A stretch of DNA of 64,000 bases from Chitinivibrionales bacterium (GTDB lineage: Bacteria > Fibrobacterota > Chitinivibrionia > Chitinivibrionales > WJKA01), in assembly GCA_038247415.1 (NCBI GenBank), contig JBBRUX010000002.1, positions 32,001-96,000 of the forward strand. Direction: 5' to 3'. Position 1 is the first letter of the stretch; the number at the start of each line of letters is the position of its first letter. Position numbers and translations under genes: made by a program. Shown here one piece after another: positions 47,588 to 57,278 of this stretch. The notes beneath the pieces are model-generated. The model saw only the letters and a program-made list of their open reading frames with translations. It made no database searches and was not told the DNA's origin.

Positions 47588-49840
47588 TTACTTAACATGA
47601 GCAATTTTTTGTGAAGCGAGAAGATTCCCCGATTTCGAGGTGATCGTTATAAAACTACACCCTCCTTCTGCTTTTTTTATTGCTGTATTTCCATCAAACA
47701 ATTGTAGTGTTGCTTGTGCAATGCATTGCCCTTTGCTTGTGTAAATGGCTATTTTATTGCCATCATGCCAGAGCGTTGCTGGCAGCAGCACCGCGCTTTT
47801 TCCTATTTCCAATTTACGCATCTGTGCTCTTTGAGTAGGAAGCATATGTGTAACGGGGCTTGTTTGAACTATAGAAAAAGCGACTGGAGACTGGTCATAA
47901 ATATCTGCATTTCCATACATGTAAACTTTAATCAGTGCGCTATTAGAGAGATACGATACATCTGATGGGATTATGAAAAAGGTATCTCTTTGCTCGGCAA
48001 CCTGCGCAAATGGAGCGCTAAATGGTTCTATCGAAAATGATTTGCCATTGTTTAGCGATAATGCAACTACCGCCGCTAAACCATTTCCATTAAGCAATTT
48101 CCAGCATACTTTTACCGTATCACCAAATGCATATTGGTTTGCTGTAATAGGATTAAGAAGCACTACCGATGGCCGGGCAATCCCGCTAAAGAGCACCGAC
48201 TTTGGTATACCTTTTTTAACAAATGCTGCCGATGAATACATAACATCGAGCTGTTCTGGACCCGTGGCATCAAAATATACTACTCTTATATCATGGTACC
48301 CGCTTGAGAGTCCTATCGAACCGCTTTTTTCTTGAAGCGTATGAATACCGTCATTATTAACAACAAGAGAATCATCGATATAGAGCATCGATCCTTCATC
48401 GGAATTAAGATAAAATTTATAATTATCATCAGCCGGAATAGAAATATATCCATTGAAACAAAAAGCGAAATAGTTTCCACCATTACGGCTCGAAATATCA
48501 AAAGAATCTATAGCACCAGAATCGAGTACCGTCGTGTTAGTATATTCTTTTGTTGTAGCATATTGGCCCTCATAATATGTATACGTTAATCCTTGTTGTA
48601 CATTTGTCACACTTGATGCTGGTTTCAATTTTCCAAAAATGTACCTTTTTTCGGATATATTTGATGAGAGCATTCCTTGCTTGAATCCCCGAGTTCGAAC
48701 GAGCGTTGATGCGACTATATTGAGTGGTTGCGTATAGAGTGCAGAAGTTGACAATGGGTCGGAGCCATCGAGTGTATATCGAATTGATGCTGCACTTGTC
48801 GTGCATGCAAGAGTCACCGAGAGCGTTCCTGTAAAAGCGGTAACATCGGGTGAAATTTTTGGCAGATCAACATTTCCGTGTACCGTTTTTCCAACCCACA
48901 AATCTGGCCAATACATACTATCGCCTAAAAAGATATTTTCTTTTGTGGATACTTTTCTAATCCATGCATAAGCCACCGTTGTTCCACCCGTTGTTGGTAC
49001 GGTTACTATCCTATCTCCATTATGCACAAGAAATTGTGTTGTATTAGACCATCGCATTCCGCACATGCCCGAGTTATTGACAGGCGCGATTTTATCGAGT
49101 TGTGTTAGATTAAAATCCATTATTGGTGCTGGTTGTGTGTGGCTTCCATAATTAAAAATTACCACGCCGGTGCTATCAGGTCTCAATCGCACCGTACACC
49201 CATCTCCTGATCGTGGAACGAGATCACGAACCACGCCCGTAGCAAGATTCTTTACACAAGGACGATGATACCCTCCTGTGGCGGTATTTCCCCCGATATC
49301 AACATACCCAAGATAATTTCCACATTTTTCTACTGAGGCATAGCCTTTTTGCACAGGAGTTGAAATAAGGGTTGTTGTTAGCCCCGCCGAATTATCTGCA
49401 TGAATTTGCGTTTTTACAATTGTTGCATATGTACTATATACCACGGCACTATCGCCATCCCAACTGTGTGCTATAAGATCCCAATTAATAGATCCTTGCC
49501 AAATCACCTTTTGAGCCGATCCATCGGCATTCATTACAATAAGCTGCTGATTATTTTGTACCGCAATTCGGGTTCCATCGGGAGAAAATTTATACGAGGC
49601 AATTAAGCCCCACTGGGTGTTTGCAAGTGCGAATGCAGCAAGAGCTATTTTAAGTCCAGTTTCAAGGTCTAGCACCCAAACTTTATTTGCATTACCGTAT
49701 ACAACCTTGCCGCCTTGATTTTCAGAAAGGAAAGACCACGCACTTACAATTTGGGATGGTGTTTGAGCGGAAAGCATTACACTGAAGGATAAAAGAGAGA
49801 TCAAAGCCAACTTATTTAAGCGCTTAAACTCAGCCACCAT
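47588..49840 (-). CDS. Secreted multidomain protein: beta-propeller-like + chitobiase/beta-hexosaminidase C-terminal (Fn3-associated) + PA14 + C-terminal sorting-like domain
   Basis: Signal peptide, FSPDGTRIA, SIRYTLDGSDP...YTQPL, GLTYTYYEG...FYLNSDEGSMLYID...NDGIH (PA14) and IAIYTSKGQCI tail. Start ATG 49840 follows GAGGA. Confidence 0.8.
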   Translation of the reverse strand: MVAEFKRLNKLALISLLSFSVMLSAQTPSQIVSAWSFLSENQGGKVVYGNANKVWVLDLETGLKIALAAFALANTQWGLIASYKFSPDGTRIAVQNNQQLIVMNADGSAQKVIWQGSINWDLIAHSWDGDSAVVYSTYATIVKTQIHADNSAGLTTTLISTPVQKGYASVEKCGNYLGYVDIGGNTATGGYHRPCVKNLATGVVRDLVPRSGDGCTVRLRPDSTGVVIFNYGSHTQPAPIMDFNLTQLDKIAPVNNSGMCGMRWSNTTQFLVHNGDRIVTVPTTGGTTVAYAWIRKVSTKENIFLGDSMYWPDLWVGKTVHGNVDLPKISPDVTAFTGTLSVTLACTTSAASIRYTLDGSDPLSTSALYTQPLNIVASTLVRTRGFKQGMLSSNISEKRYIFGKLKPASSVTNVQQGLTYTYYEGQYATTKEYTNTTVLDSGAIDSFDISSRNGGNYFAFCFNGYISIPADDNYKFYLNSDEGSMLYIDDSLVVNNDGIHTLQEKSGSIGLSSGYHDIRVVYFDATGPEQLDVMYSSAAFVKKGIPKSVLFSGIARPSVVLLNPITANQYAFGDTVKVCWKLLNGNGLAAVVALSLNNGKSFSIEPFSAPFAQVAEQRDTFFIIPSDVSYLSNSALIKVYMYGNADIYDQSPVAFSIVQTSPVTHMLPTQRAQMRKLEIGKSAVLLPATLWHDGNKIAIYTSKGQCIAQATLQLFDGNTAIKKAEGGCSFITITSKSGNLLASQKIAHVK

Positions 49841-50140
49841 CTTAATCCTCCATACCATTGCAGCAAAAATGAGGTATCGTCCGAAAGCGTTATTCTGTAA
49901 TAGAAGCCCTGTTTCGTCATGCGCCGCGCATTTTTGAGCCATTTTTCAGATATTCTGGTAATTCCCTTGAGTAGTTCGTGAATCCGCTTGCGCAGCTCGC
50001 CGGGCTATCCAAAGAAGAAATGCCTGAAATTGGTCGATTGGTCAAAAACACACGTTTGTTCGCATGAGAAACAGAGCCATTATTAATATAACAACAATTT
50101 CATGTTTTTCGTAGTGTTTTTATCAAAATTGAAATTTTAT

Positions 50141-50488
50141 TTAGCTTTCTTTAGATCGGGCTGCCATGGTGCAATTTCCGCTAAAATATGCGCCTTCACT
50201 AATAATGAGTTCTTTGGCTTTCAAATCTCCCTCAAGAGATGCATGTGATTCAAGTTCAACGCGATCTTCTACACTTAAATTGCCAACAATTCTCCCACCA
50301 ACCATAGCGCTCTTAGCGGTAATCTCGGCCTCAACATACCCTGTTGCCCCAATGGTTAGCATTTCCACTGTTTTAAGTATGCCTTTAAGCGTTCCATCGA
50401 TACGAATAGGGTGGGGTACTGCGATAGTACCTTCAATCACGGTTCCTTCACCAATGAGAGTATATGCGCCTTTGCCGTGCTTATCCAT
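50141..50488 (-). CDS. Bactofilin (polymer-forming cytoskeletal protein)
   Basis: TLIGEGTVIEG...IRIDG...G repeats and LIISEGAYFSGNC. Confidence 0.9.
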   Translation of the reverse strand: MDKHGKGAYTLIGEGTVIEGTIAVPHPIRIDGTLKGILKTVEMLTIGATGYVEAEITAKSAMVGGRIVGNLSVEDRVELESHASLEGDLKAKELIISEGAYFSGNCTMAARSKES

Positions 50489-50500
50489 AAGAGCCTCCGG

Positions 50501-51349
50501 TTATTCTTTAGATCCTACAAGTATATATATCATTGGATCAACATTTTTACCATCTTTTACTACTTCATAATGAACATGTGGTGCTGTGGATCGCCCTGAG
50601 TTTCCACACAGTGCAATTGTTTGCCCACGTTTGATGTCGTCGCCTTTTTTAACAAGAATTTGCGAACAATGACCATATCGAGTGACAAAACCAAATTTAT
50701 GCTTAATAATCACAAGCATTCCCAAAAATTGATCATTGACAACATCCAACACATATCCCGGTGCAGTTGCCCGAATAGGCGTTCCAATAGAAGCTGCAAT
50801 ATCAATACCACAATGCGTTTCGTCAGATGCTTTATTAGATATCTGGAATAATCGAGTTGTCCATCCGTCAATTGGTCGAATATTGGGGGTTGTTGCCCAA
50901 TAAGAATTAAATGATTCGTCTTGATGTGCCGAAACCGTTTTTGTGTTTTGTTTGGATCCTTGCACCGGCTGTTGAGCATTTTCGGCAAGGGTATCGCTGA
51001 TATTGGCTGCAATTACTGCAGGTTTATACATTGCGCGGGGATTTGTTTCGGTAGCAATTTTTTCCAGATAGCGCGAGAGCTCTTCAAGTTTCGTACTATT
51101 TTGAAGCCCTGCAATAAGTCGGGCTTTTTCCTGCGTTAATCGCTCTTTATCTTTTCGTAAAGCATCAACGAGTTGCAGGCGTAATCCAATATGGCCAAAA
51201 TAAAGGACAAAAACAACAACAGCAAGTGATACTGACGCAGCAAATAAAATAAGTGTATGAATAATATTCTTATGTAATCGTATCGAGAACGGCTTAGAAT
51301 TGTCGTCCGATACGAACATAATCGTATAATATCGTTTCACTCGACGCAT
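50501..51349 (-). CDS. Membrane-anchored M23 family metallopeptidase
   Basis: N-terminal TM and coiled coil, HCGID (HxxxD), TRYGH and GNSGRSTAPHVHYE (HxH). Confidence 0.9.
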   Translation of the reverse strand: MRRVKRYYTIMFVSDDNSKPFSIRLHKNIIHTLILFAASVSLAVVVFVLYFGHIGLRLQLVDALRKDKERLTQEKARLIAGLQNSTKLEELSRYLEKIATETNPRAMYKPAVIAANISDTLAENAQQPVQGSKQNTKTVSAHQDESFNSYWATTPNIRPIDGWTTRLFQISNKASDETHCGIDIAASIGTPIRATAPGYVLDVVNDQFLGMLVIIKHKFGFVTRYGHCSQILVKKGDDIKRGQTIALCGNSGRSTAPHVHYEVVKDGKNVDPMIYILVGSKE

Positions 51350-51367
51350 AAAAGCCTTTTTATTACC

Positions 51368-52261
51368 TTATCGAGATATATGATTCATAAGCAGATCGTA
51401 TATGCGATTAAAATCATCTTTACTGAAATAATTAATTTCTATTTTTCCTTTATCTTTTGCTGCTGGCTTAATTACAATAGGGGAACCAAATCGATATTGC
51501 AATTGCTCAATAACTGCGGCTAAATCTGGGTCTCGTGGTGCAATTGTTTCATGAGCTTTTTTATGGGATTCTTTTGGCTTTTTATCTTTACCTACCGTTG
51601 CCAAAGCTTCTACATCGCGCACGGTTAAACCATCTGCAATAATGCGCTCTGCGAGAGCTAATTGTTTTTGTTCATCGTCAAGCGCCACAAGGCTTCGTGC
51701 ATGCCCCGCGGTAAGCTTGTTTTGAGAAAGCATATCTTGAATTACCTGCGGTAATTTTAATAAGCGCAAAGCATTAGTAATAACACTTCGACTTTTGCCA
51801 ACTCTTAAAGAAAGCTCTTCGTGAGACAATCCACATTCAAGCAAAAGCTTTTGATACGCATACGCCTTTTCAAGCTCATTGAGGTCTTCGCGCTGGATAT
51901 TTTCTACAAGCGCCATCTCCATCATTTCACGATCGGTAATAGATGGTTTCACAATGGCAGGAACTTGATCATTACCTAAAAAGCCCATTGCCCGAAACCG
52001 TCGTTCACCCGATATTATTTCATATCCATCGTGCTTTTTACGTAGAACTATTGGCTGTAATAATCCTTGATTTTTAATACTTTCTGCAAGACCATGAATT
52101 TCTTCTTCGTTAAAAACAGTTCGAGGCTGAAATGGGTTAGGCCGAATTGCATTGATATCAACAAAGACTACTTCGTTGCCACTGCCCAATTCTTCGGTAT
52201 CTTGTGGAATTAAATTTGTAAGGCCACGCCCGAGAGCGCGACGAGCTAAGGGCTTAGCCAT
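51368..52261 (-). CDS. parB: Chromosome partitioning protein ParB
   Basis: ALGRGL, PNPFQPR, GLLQPI, ISGERRFRA, ENIQREDLN and HTH. Confidence 0.96.
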   Translation of the reverse strand: MAKPLARRALGRGLTNLIPQDTEELGSGNEVVFVDINAIRPNPFQPRTVFNEEEIHGLAESIKNQGLLQPIVLRKKHDGYEIISGERRFRAMGFLGNDQVPAIVKPSITDREMMEMALVENIQREDLNELEKAYAYQKLLLECGLSHEELSLRVGKSRSVITNALRLLKLPQVIQDMLSQNKLTAGHARSLVALDDEQKQLALAERIIADGLTVRDVEALATVGKDKKPKESHKKAHETIAPRDPDLAAVIEQLQYRFGSPIVIKPAAKDKGKIEINYFSKDDFNRIYDLLMNHISR

Positions 52262-53036
52262 GATTAACAATTTCCTTTGCAAGCTTCAAATAATTTTCTG
52301 AGCCACTCGACATAATATCGTACAAAATAATTGGTTTACCAAATGAGGGAGATTCCGACAATTTAACATTACGCGTAATAACAGCATCAAAAACTTTGCC
52401 CGAAAAATAGGAACGAACTTCTTCCGACACCTGGCGGCATAAATTTAATCGTCCGTCGTACATGGTAAGCAATGCGCCTTCGATGGTAAGTTTAGTATTA
52501 AGCGTTTTTTGCACCAAGCGAATAGTATTGAGCAATTCTGCCAAACCTTCAAGCGCGTAATATTCACACTGAATTGGAATAAGTACCGAATCTGCCGCAG
52601 TTAAAATATTAATCGTTAACAATCCAAGGGATGGGGGAGAATCGATAATAATATATTCGTATTCATCTCGAATGCTCTCCAGCGCCATTGATAGTTGTTT
52701 TTCACGAGCAAGAACATTTACCAGCTCAATTTCTGCAGCTGCTAAATCGGGTGTTGCTGGAACAATTGATAAAAAGGCAATATCTTGGCTCTTAATAACA
52801 ACATCAGCAATGGCGGTTTGCAGAGCACCATGACGACGATGTGTTAACACATCATAAATAGATTGTTGTATCGTGCTTTTATCAACACCAATTCCTGTTG
52901 TTGCATTTGCTTGGGGATCCATATCAATTAAAAGTGTTTTATGTTCTGCAGCAGCCAAACAAGAAGCAAGATTAACTGAGGTTGTTGTTTTACCAACCCC
53001 ACCTTTTTGATTACAAACTGCTATTACTTTACCCAC
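52254..53036 (-). CDS. parA: Chromosome partitioning ATPase ParA/Soj
   Basis: NQKGGVGKTT, DMDPQANAT, DSPPSLG, PIQCEYYALEG and LSESPSFG. Confidence 0.96.
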   Translation of the reverse strand: MGKVIAVCNQKGGVGKTTTSVNLASCLAAAEHKTLLIDMDPQANATTGIGVDKSTIQQSIYDVLTHRRHGALQTAIADVVIKSQDIAFLSIVPATPDLAAAEIELVNVLAREKQLSMALESIRDEYEYIIIDSPPSLGLLTINILTAADSVLIPIQCEYYALEGLAELLNTIRLVQKTLNTKLTIEGALLTMYDGRLNLCRQVSEEVRSYFSGKVFDAVITRNVKLSESPSFGKPIILYDIMSSGSENYLKLAKEIVNHG

Positions 53037-53051
53037 AAGCTACCCACCCAT

Positions 53052-53203
53052 TGTTCATATGTTATCAACATTATACTAACACACTCATTAAACTGTTACT
53101 CTTTGGTAATATCCTAAATATTTCCTATATATATCATACTCTTATGATACTTTTTGTTTGTTGATAATCTTATTTCATATCCAGATATATAAAGTTTTCC
53201 ACA
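53052..53203. promoter_or_regulatory. Cluster of DnaA-box-like sequences in the rsmG-parA intergenic region
   Basis: TTATCAACA at 53062-53070, its reverse complement TGTTGATAA at 53159-53167, and TTTTCCACA at 53195-53203, with an AT-rich core between them. Confidence 0.6.
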
Positions 53204-53249
53204 TCAATTTCGCTTAAAGAAACACACACATCATGCACGTTACATTTCA

Positions 53250-53936
53250 TTATATGGGCAGCAATTCTAAGGAAACCAATTTTAATCCAAAAATCTGTTT
53301 TCCAAGATCGTATTCTGCAATTTCTGAAATGCGAGCATGTGATGCTTTAGTAGATGTGATGTTTTCTAATTCTGTGGCAAAATCTTTTCCTTTAAAAGTA
53401 TAAATCCTACCATCGGGTTGCGAAAGAAATGGTTTGGCCATATCTGCTATTTCTGCAAATGTACCAACACCCCGGCTTACTACATAATCAAACGGCTTAG
53501 TTTCTGGATCAAGCGCTTCCACTCGCCCCGGAAAAACAAATACATTTTCTAACACTAATTCTTCAACAATTTCACTTAAAAACTTTGCCTTCTTTTTATT
53601 TGATTCGGCTAAAACGATATCCAGGTCAGGGCGAAAAATCCGTGTAGGTATTGATGGAAAACCACCTCCAGCGCCAACATCCAAAATTCGGGCATTCTTT
53701 TTAAATCCAAATAAAAGTAGCGGTTGTAACGAATCGCAAAAGTGACGAATAAATAAATTTCCTTCATCCTTTTTTGAAACCAAAGATGCTAAATCATTCC
53801 ACTTAAGCAAAAGTGCCATGAAGCGCAAAATATAATCTCGCTGAACCAAGTCGGGTGTTAAACCAAGTCGTTCAAGCTCTTTCAACTCATACAATTCTTT
53901 GGCCTTTTCCATAAACTGAGCGGGAATCTTATTCAT
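53250..53936 (-). CDS. rsmG: 16S rRNA m7G527 methyltransferase
   Basis: LLKWN, RHFCDSL, LDVGAGGGFP, ESNKKK, GRVE and VSRG; located between mnmG and parA. Confidence 0.93.
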   Translation of the reverse strand: MNKIPAQFMEKAKELYELKELERLGLTPDLVQRDYILRFMALLLKWNDLASLVSKKDEGNLFIRHFCDSLQPLLLFGFKKNARILDVGAGGGFPSIPTRIFRPDLDIVLAESNKKKAKFLSEIVEELVLENVFVFPGRVEALDPETKPFDYVVSRGVGTFAEIADMAKPFLSQPDGRIYTFKGKDFATELENITSTKASHARISEIAEYDLGKQIFGLKLVSLELLPI

Positions 53937-53955
53937 AGATGAACATCTCCACTAT

Positions 53956-53971
53956 TGTTTCACGTGAAACA
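53956..53971. other. parS centromere-like site
   Basis: Perfect palindrome TGTTTCACGTGAAACA. Confidence 0.95.
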
Positions 53972-53974
53972 TAT

Positions 53975-55810
53975 TTATTGTTGCGCTACATACACCATGA
54001 GGATAGAAACATCAGCGGGGGTAACCCCAGAAATCCGGGCAGCCTGCCCGAGGGTGGCTGGTTTTATTGCAGAAAGCTTTATACGAGACTCTGTTAATAA
54101 ACCTGGAATTGTTTGATAATTGATTGATTGTGGAATTGCGATAGTATCAATTTTTGCCATACGCTCAACATTTTGATTCTCACGAGCAACAAAGCCACTA
54201 TACTTAACATCAGCTTCTACTCCACAAATAAGCTCTCTATCAATAACATTTAAATTTAAAAATGAAAGAATATTTGTGAGAGAAACTTCCGGACGTTTAA
54301 GCACTTCGTAAGCCTTTGCTTGGGATGTAATTAAAGTATTACTAAAACGGTCGTTCCAAGAATTATGATTAATCGTTGTAATTTTCAACGCACCAACCAG
54401 CTCTTTTTTTCCTTCCCAAAACTTTCTGCGCGCCCCAATTGTGTTTGCATCAACAAGATTAAGTGAATGAGCAATTTCCATAAGACGAAAATCTGCTGTA
54501 TCTTGTCGCAATAATAATCGATGCTCAGCTCGAGAAGTAAACATACGATAGGGTTCTTGTGTACCCCTAGAAACCAGATCATCTATTAACACACCAATAT
54601 ATGCTGCATCTCGCTTAAGAACTAATGGTGGAAGCCCAAGGACCTTCTGCGCTGCATTAACACCAGCAATTAAACCCTGGCCGCCAGCCTCTTCATATCC
54701 GGATGTTCCATTTATCTGCCCGGCAAAAAACAAACCCTCAACAACACGCGATTCTAGCGATGGATGCAATTGCGTTGGGTGAAAAAAATCGTATTCAATC
54801 CCATACCCTGGTCGAATTATTTTGGCCGATTTTAAACCAGGAATACTTTGTACTAATTGAACTTGAACTTGAAATGGCAAACTCGTTGATAAACCATTCA
54901 AATACATTTCATGAGTATGTAAACCCTCAGGTTCTAAAAATAATGCATGGCCATCCCTCTCTCCAAACCTAACCACTTTATCTTCAATAGATGGACAATA
55001 ACGAGGACCAACGCTTTGAATTTTACCAGTATAGAGGGGTGAGAAATTCAGATTATTTAAGATGATCGAATGAGTATCCGCGCATGTTCGGGTTGCATAA
55101 CAAACTACCTTATTGGTTGGTATTTCTTGCGTGCTAAACGAAAATGCCCAAGGAAAATCATCCCCGGGTTGCTTTTCCATTTTAGAAAAATCTACAGAAC
55201 GACCATCTATTCGGGGAGAGGTGCCTGTTTTTAACCGACCACTTTTTATACCTAATTCTGCCAACGACTCTGTAAGTCCACACGATGCCGGCTCGCCGGT
55301 GCGCCCCCCAGGAAAAGAAGTGAGCCCCATATGAATAGTGCCTGATAAAAATGTTCCGTTAGCCAAAACAATTGCTGTACATTCTATTACTTCGCTAGAA
55401 TCCATAAGCACTGAAAAGGCCTTATTACTAACAGGATTTATTTTTTTAACCATCCCCTGCAAAAAAGAAATCCCCATAACGGATTCAAGAAGCTCTCGAC
55501 AATATGATCGATATGCATGCTTATCTGCTTGGGCCCTGTTACCCCAAACAGCCATACCTTTTGCGGTATTTAACATCTTAAAATGAATACCGGTTTTATC
55601 AATTATTTTCCCCATGAGCCCACCCATGGCATCGATCTCCCGGACAATGTTCCCCTTGGCAATCCCACCAATAGCGGGATTGCACGACATGTGACCAATA
55701 AGATCGATGTGTGAAGTAATCATAAGCACACTAACACCGCGGTTTGCTGCAGCGTTTGCTGCTTCAACACCGGCGTGTCCCCCTCCAATTACTACAACAT
55801 CAAATTTCAT
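53975..55810 (-). CDS. mnmG: tRNA uridine-5-carboxymethylaminomethyl(34) synthesis enzyme MnmG (GidA)
   Basis: VIGGGHAG, MSCNPAIGG, RLKTGT, GPRYCPSIEDK, AGQINGTSGYEEA and EPYRMFTSRAE. Confidence 0.97.
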   Translation of the reverse strand: MKFDVVVIGGGHAGVEAANAAANRGVSVLMITSHIDLIGHMSCNPAIGGIAKGNIVREIDAMGGLMGKIIDKTGIHFKMLNTAKGMAVWGNRAQADKHAYRSYCRELLESVMGISFLQGMVKKINPVSNKAFSVLMDSSEVIECTAIVLANGTFLSGTIHMGLTSFPGGRTGEPASCGLTESLAELGIKSGRLKTGTSPRIDGRSVDFSKMEKQPGDDFPWAFSFSTQEIPTNKVVCYATRTCADTHSIILNNLNFSPLYTGKIQSVGPRYCPSIEDKVVRFGERDGHALFLEPEGLHTHEMYLNGLSTSLPFQVQVQLVQSIPGLKSAKIIRPGYGIEYDFFHPTQLHPSLESRVVEGLFFAGQINGTSGYEEAGGQGLIAGVNAAQKVLGLPPLVLKRDAAYIGVLIDDLVSRGTQEPYRMFTSRAEHRLLLRQDTADFRLMEIAHSLNLVDANTIGARRKFWEGKKELVGALKITTINHNSWNDRFSNTLITSQAKAYEVLKRPEVSLTNILSFLNLNVIDRELICGVEADVKYSGFVARENQNVERMAKIDTIAIPQSINYQTIPGLLTESRIKLSAIKPATLGQAARISGVTPADVSILMVYVAQQ

Positions 55811-55821
55811 ACTTTTTCCAA

Positions 55822-55837
55822 TGTTTCACGTGAAACA
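55822..55837. other. parS site
   Basis: Perfect TGTTTCACGTGAAACA. Confidence 0.95.
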
Positions 55838-55871
55838 TCTTATGTTAAAATTGAGGCCATCAAAAGGGCTG

Positions 55872-55887
55872 TGTTTCACGTGAAACA
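55872..55887. other. parS site
   Basis: Perfect TGTTTCACGTGAAACA. Confidence 0.95.
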
Positions 55888-55888
55888 T

Positions 55889-57262
55889 TTATTTTCCAAT
55901 ACAAAATTTAGAGAATATCTCATTAATAACCTCTTCGCTGGTTGTTCTGCCAAAAAACTCATCAAACAGCAAAAGTGCCTTGGTAATACTTTGTGCATAA
56001 ACGTCTTCGCCAAATTGTGCAACAGAATCTGCATAGGTAAGCGATTCAACCAACCTAGTTCCCAGATCTTCGTGACGTGAATTTAACATAACGGAGTGAT
56101 CCATACAATCTAAATAATTTTCTTTTACCCAGCTTCCAACATAGCAAATGAGTTGCTCTCGAGATTCTGAATCAAACGAAGATATAGATAGAATTGGAAT
56201 ATTATTGTTTTTAAAAAACAATTCCTTGTTCGAATCTGTTGATAAGTCTATTTTGTTGATAACAGACCAAATCTTGCCCGCTACACCCTTATTCAAAATA
56301 TCTGTTTCGTTGGCAATAAAGGGTTGGTTAGCTGGAGTTATCCACAACACTAGGTGTGCATGTGAACAAACATCCCAACTCCTATCAATTCCAATTTGCT
56401 CAACGGGGTTATCAGAATTGCCAATACCTGCAGTATCAATAAGACATACTAAACTATTTTCAATTTCTAACGATTCTGATACTAAATCTCGGGTGGTTCC
56501 TTCTGTTTCATGAACGATAGATCGATCACCACCTACAAGTATATTAAAAATAGTAGACTTACCTGCATTTTTAGGACCAAATAAAACAATTGTTAGCCCT
56601 TTTTCTAGGGTTTTTAATCGATCTCTGATGCATAATTCAGCTTCTATATCAGTCTTCAGTACGGATAACTTCTCCAATATAGAGTTAAATTGTTCTGGAT
56701 TTGGGGTTTCTTCTGGAAACTCTAGGCCAGATTCTAATAAAGAAAGCGCTGAAACGATTTCTTGTTTCCACTGCATAATTTTTTTTGCAGATCCACCATG
56801 ATACATTTCTAACGCTATTTTATGTTGAAGCGGGGTGTGTGCTTCGATCAATCCATGAATCGATTCTGCTTTTAAAATATCTAATTTTCCATTTAAAAAT
56901 GCCCTGCGTGTAAACTCGCCTTTTCCAGCAAATCGCATACCCACAAAAACCAAGGTTTCAAGTATTGCTAATGGAACGAGTTTTCCCCCATGGCAGATAA
57001 CTTCAACCATATCCTCACCAGAAAAGGATCTTGGGGAACAATATTTTATTGCTGTAATTTCATCAATACAATTTTTAGTTGTGGGATGATAAATAGAATA
57101 AAGATGTATTGTGTTTGTGGTAGCTTTGAGAAAAAGGCTCCCCTTGGAGCCAAGACAAATAGCAAAAAGAACATGCGCATCTTTTCCGCTTATTCGCAGA
57201 ATTGCTAGAGCGCCAACGCCCGGTGGGGTAGCGAGGGCAACTATGGTTTTTTGATCGTCCAT
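55889..57262 (-). CDS. mnmE: tRNA modification GTPase MnmE (TrmE)
   Basis: TIVALATPPG, SFSGED, GEFTRRAFLNGK, GPKNAGKS, GTTRD, DTAG, NKID and FCIGK. Likely start ATG 57262. Confidence 0.96.
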   Translation of the reverse strand: MDDQKTIVALATPPGVGALAILRISGKDAHVLFAICLGSKGSLFLKATTNTIHLYSIYHPTTKNCIDEITAIKYCSPRSFSGEDMVEVICHGGKLVPLAILETLVFVGMRFAGKGEFTRRAFLNGKLDILKAESIHGLIEAHTPLQHKIALEMYHGGSAKKIMQWKQEIVSALSLLESGLEFPEETPNPEQFNSILEKLSVLKTDIEAELCIRDRLKTLEKGLTIVLFGPKNAGKSTIFNILVGGDRSIVHETEGTTRDLVSESLEIENSLVCLIDTAGIGNSDNPVEQIGIDRSWDVCSHAHLVLWITPANQPFIANETDILNKGVAGKIWSVINKIDLSTDSNKELFFKNNNIPILSISSFDSESREQLICYVGSWVKENYLDCMDHSVMLNSRHEDLGTRLVESLTYADSVAQFGEDVYAQSITKALLLFDEFFGRTTSEEVINEIFSKFCIGK

Positions 57263-57278
57263 ATGCCCCGCCTTTGTT

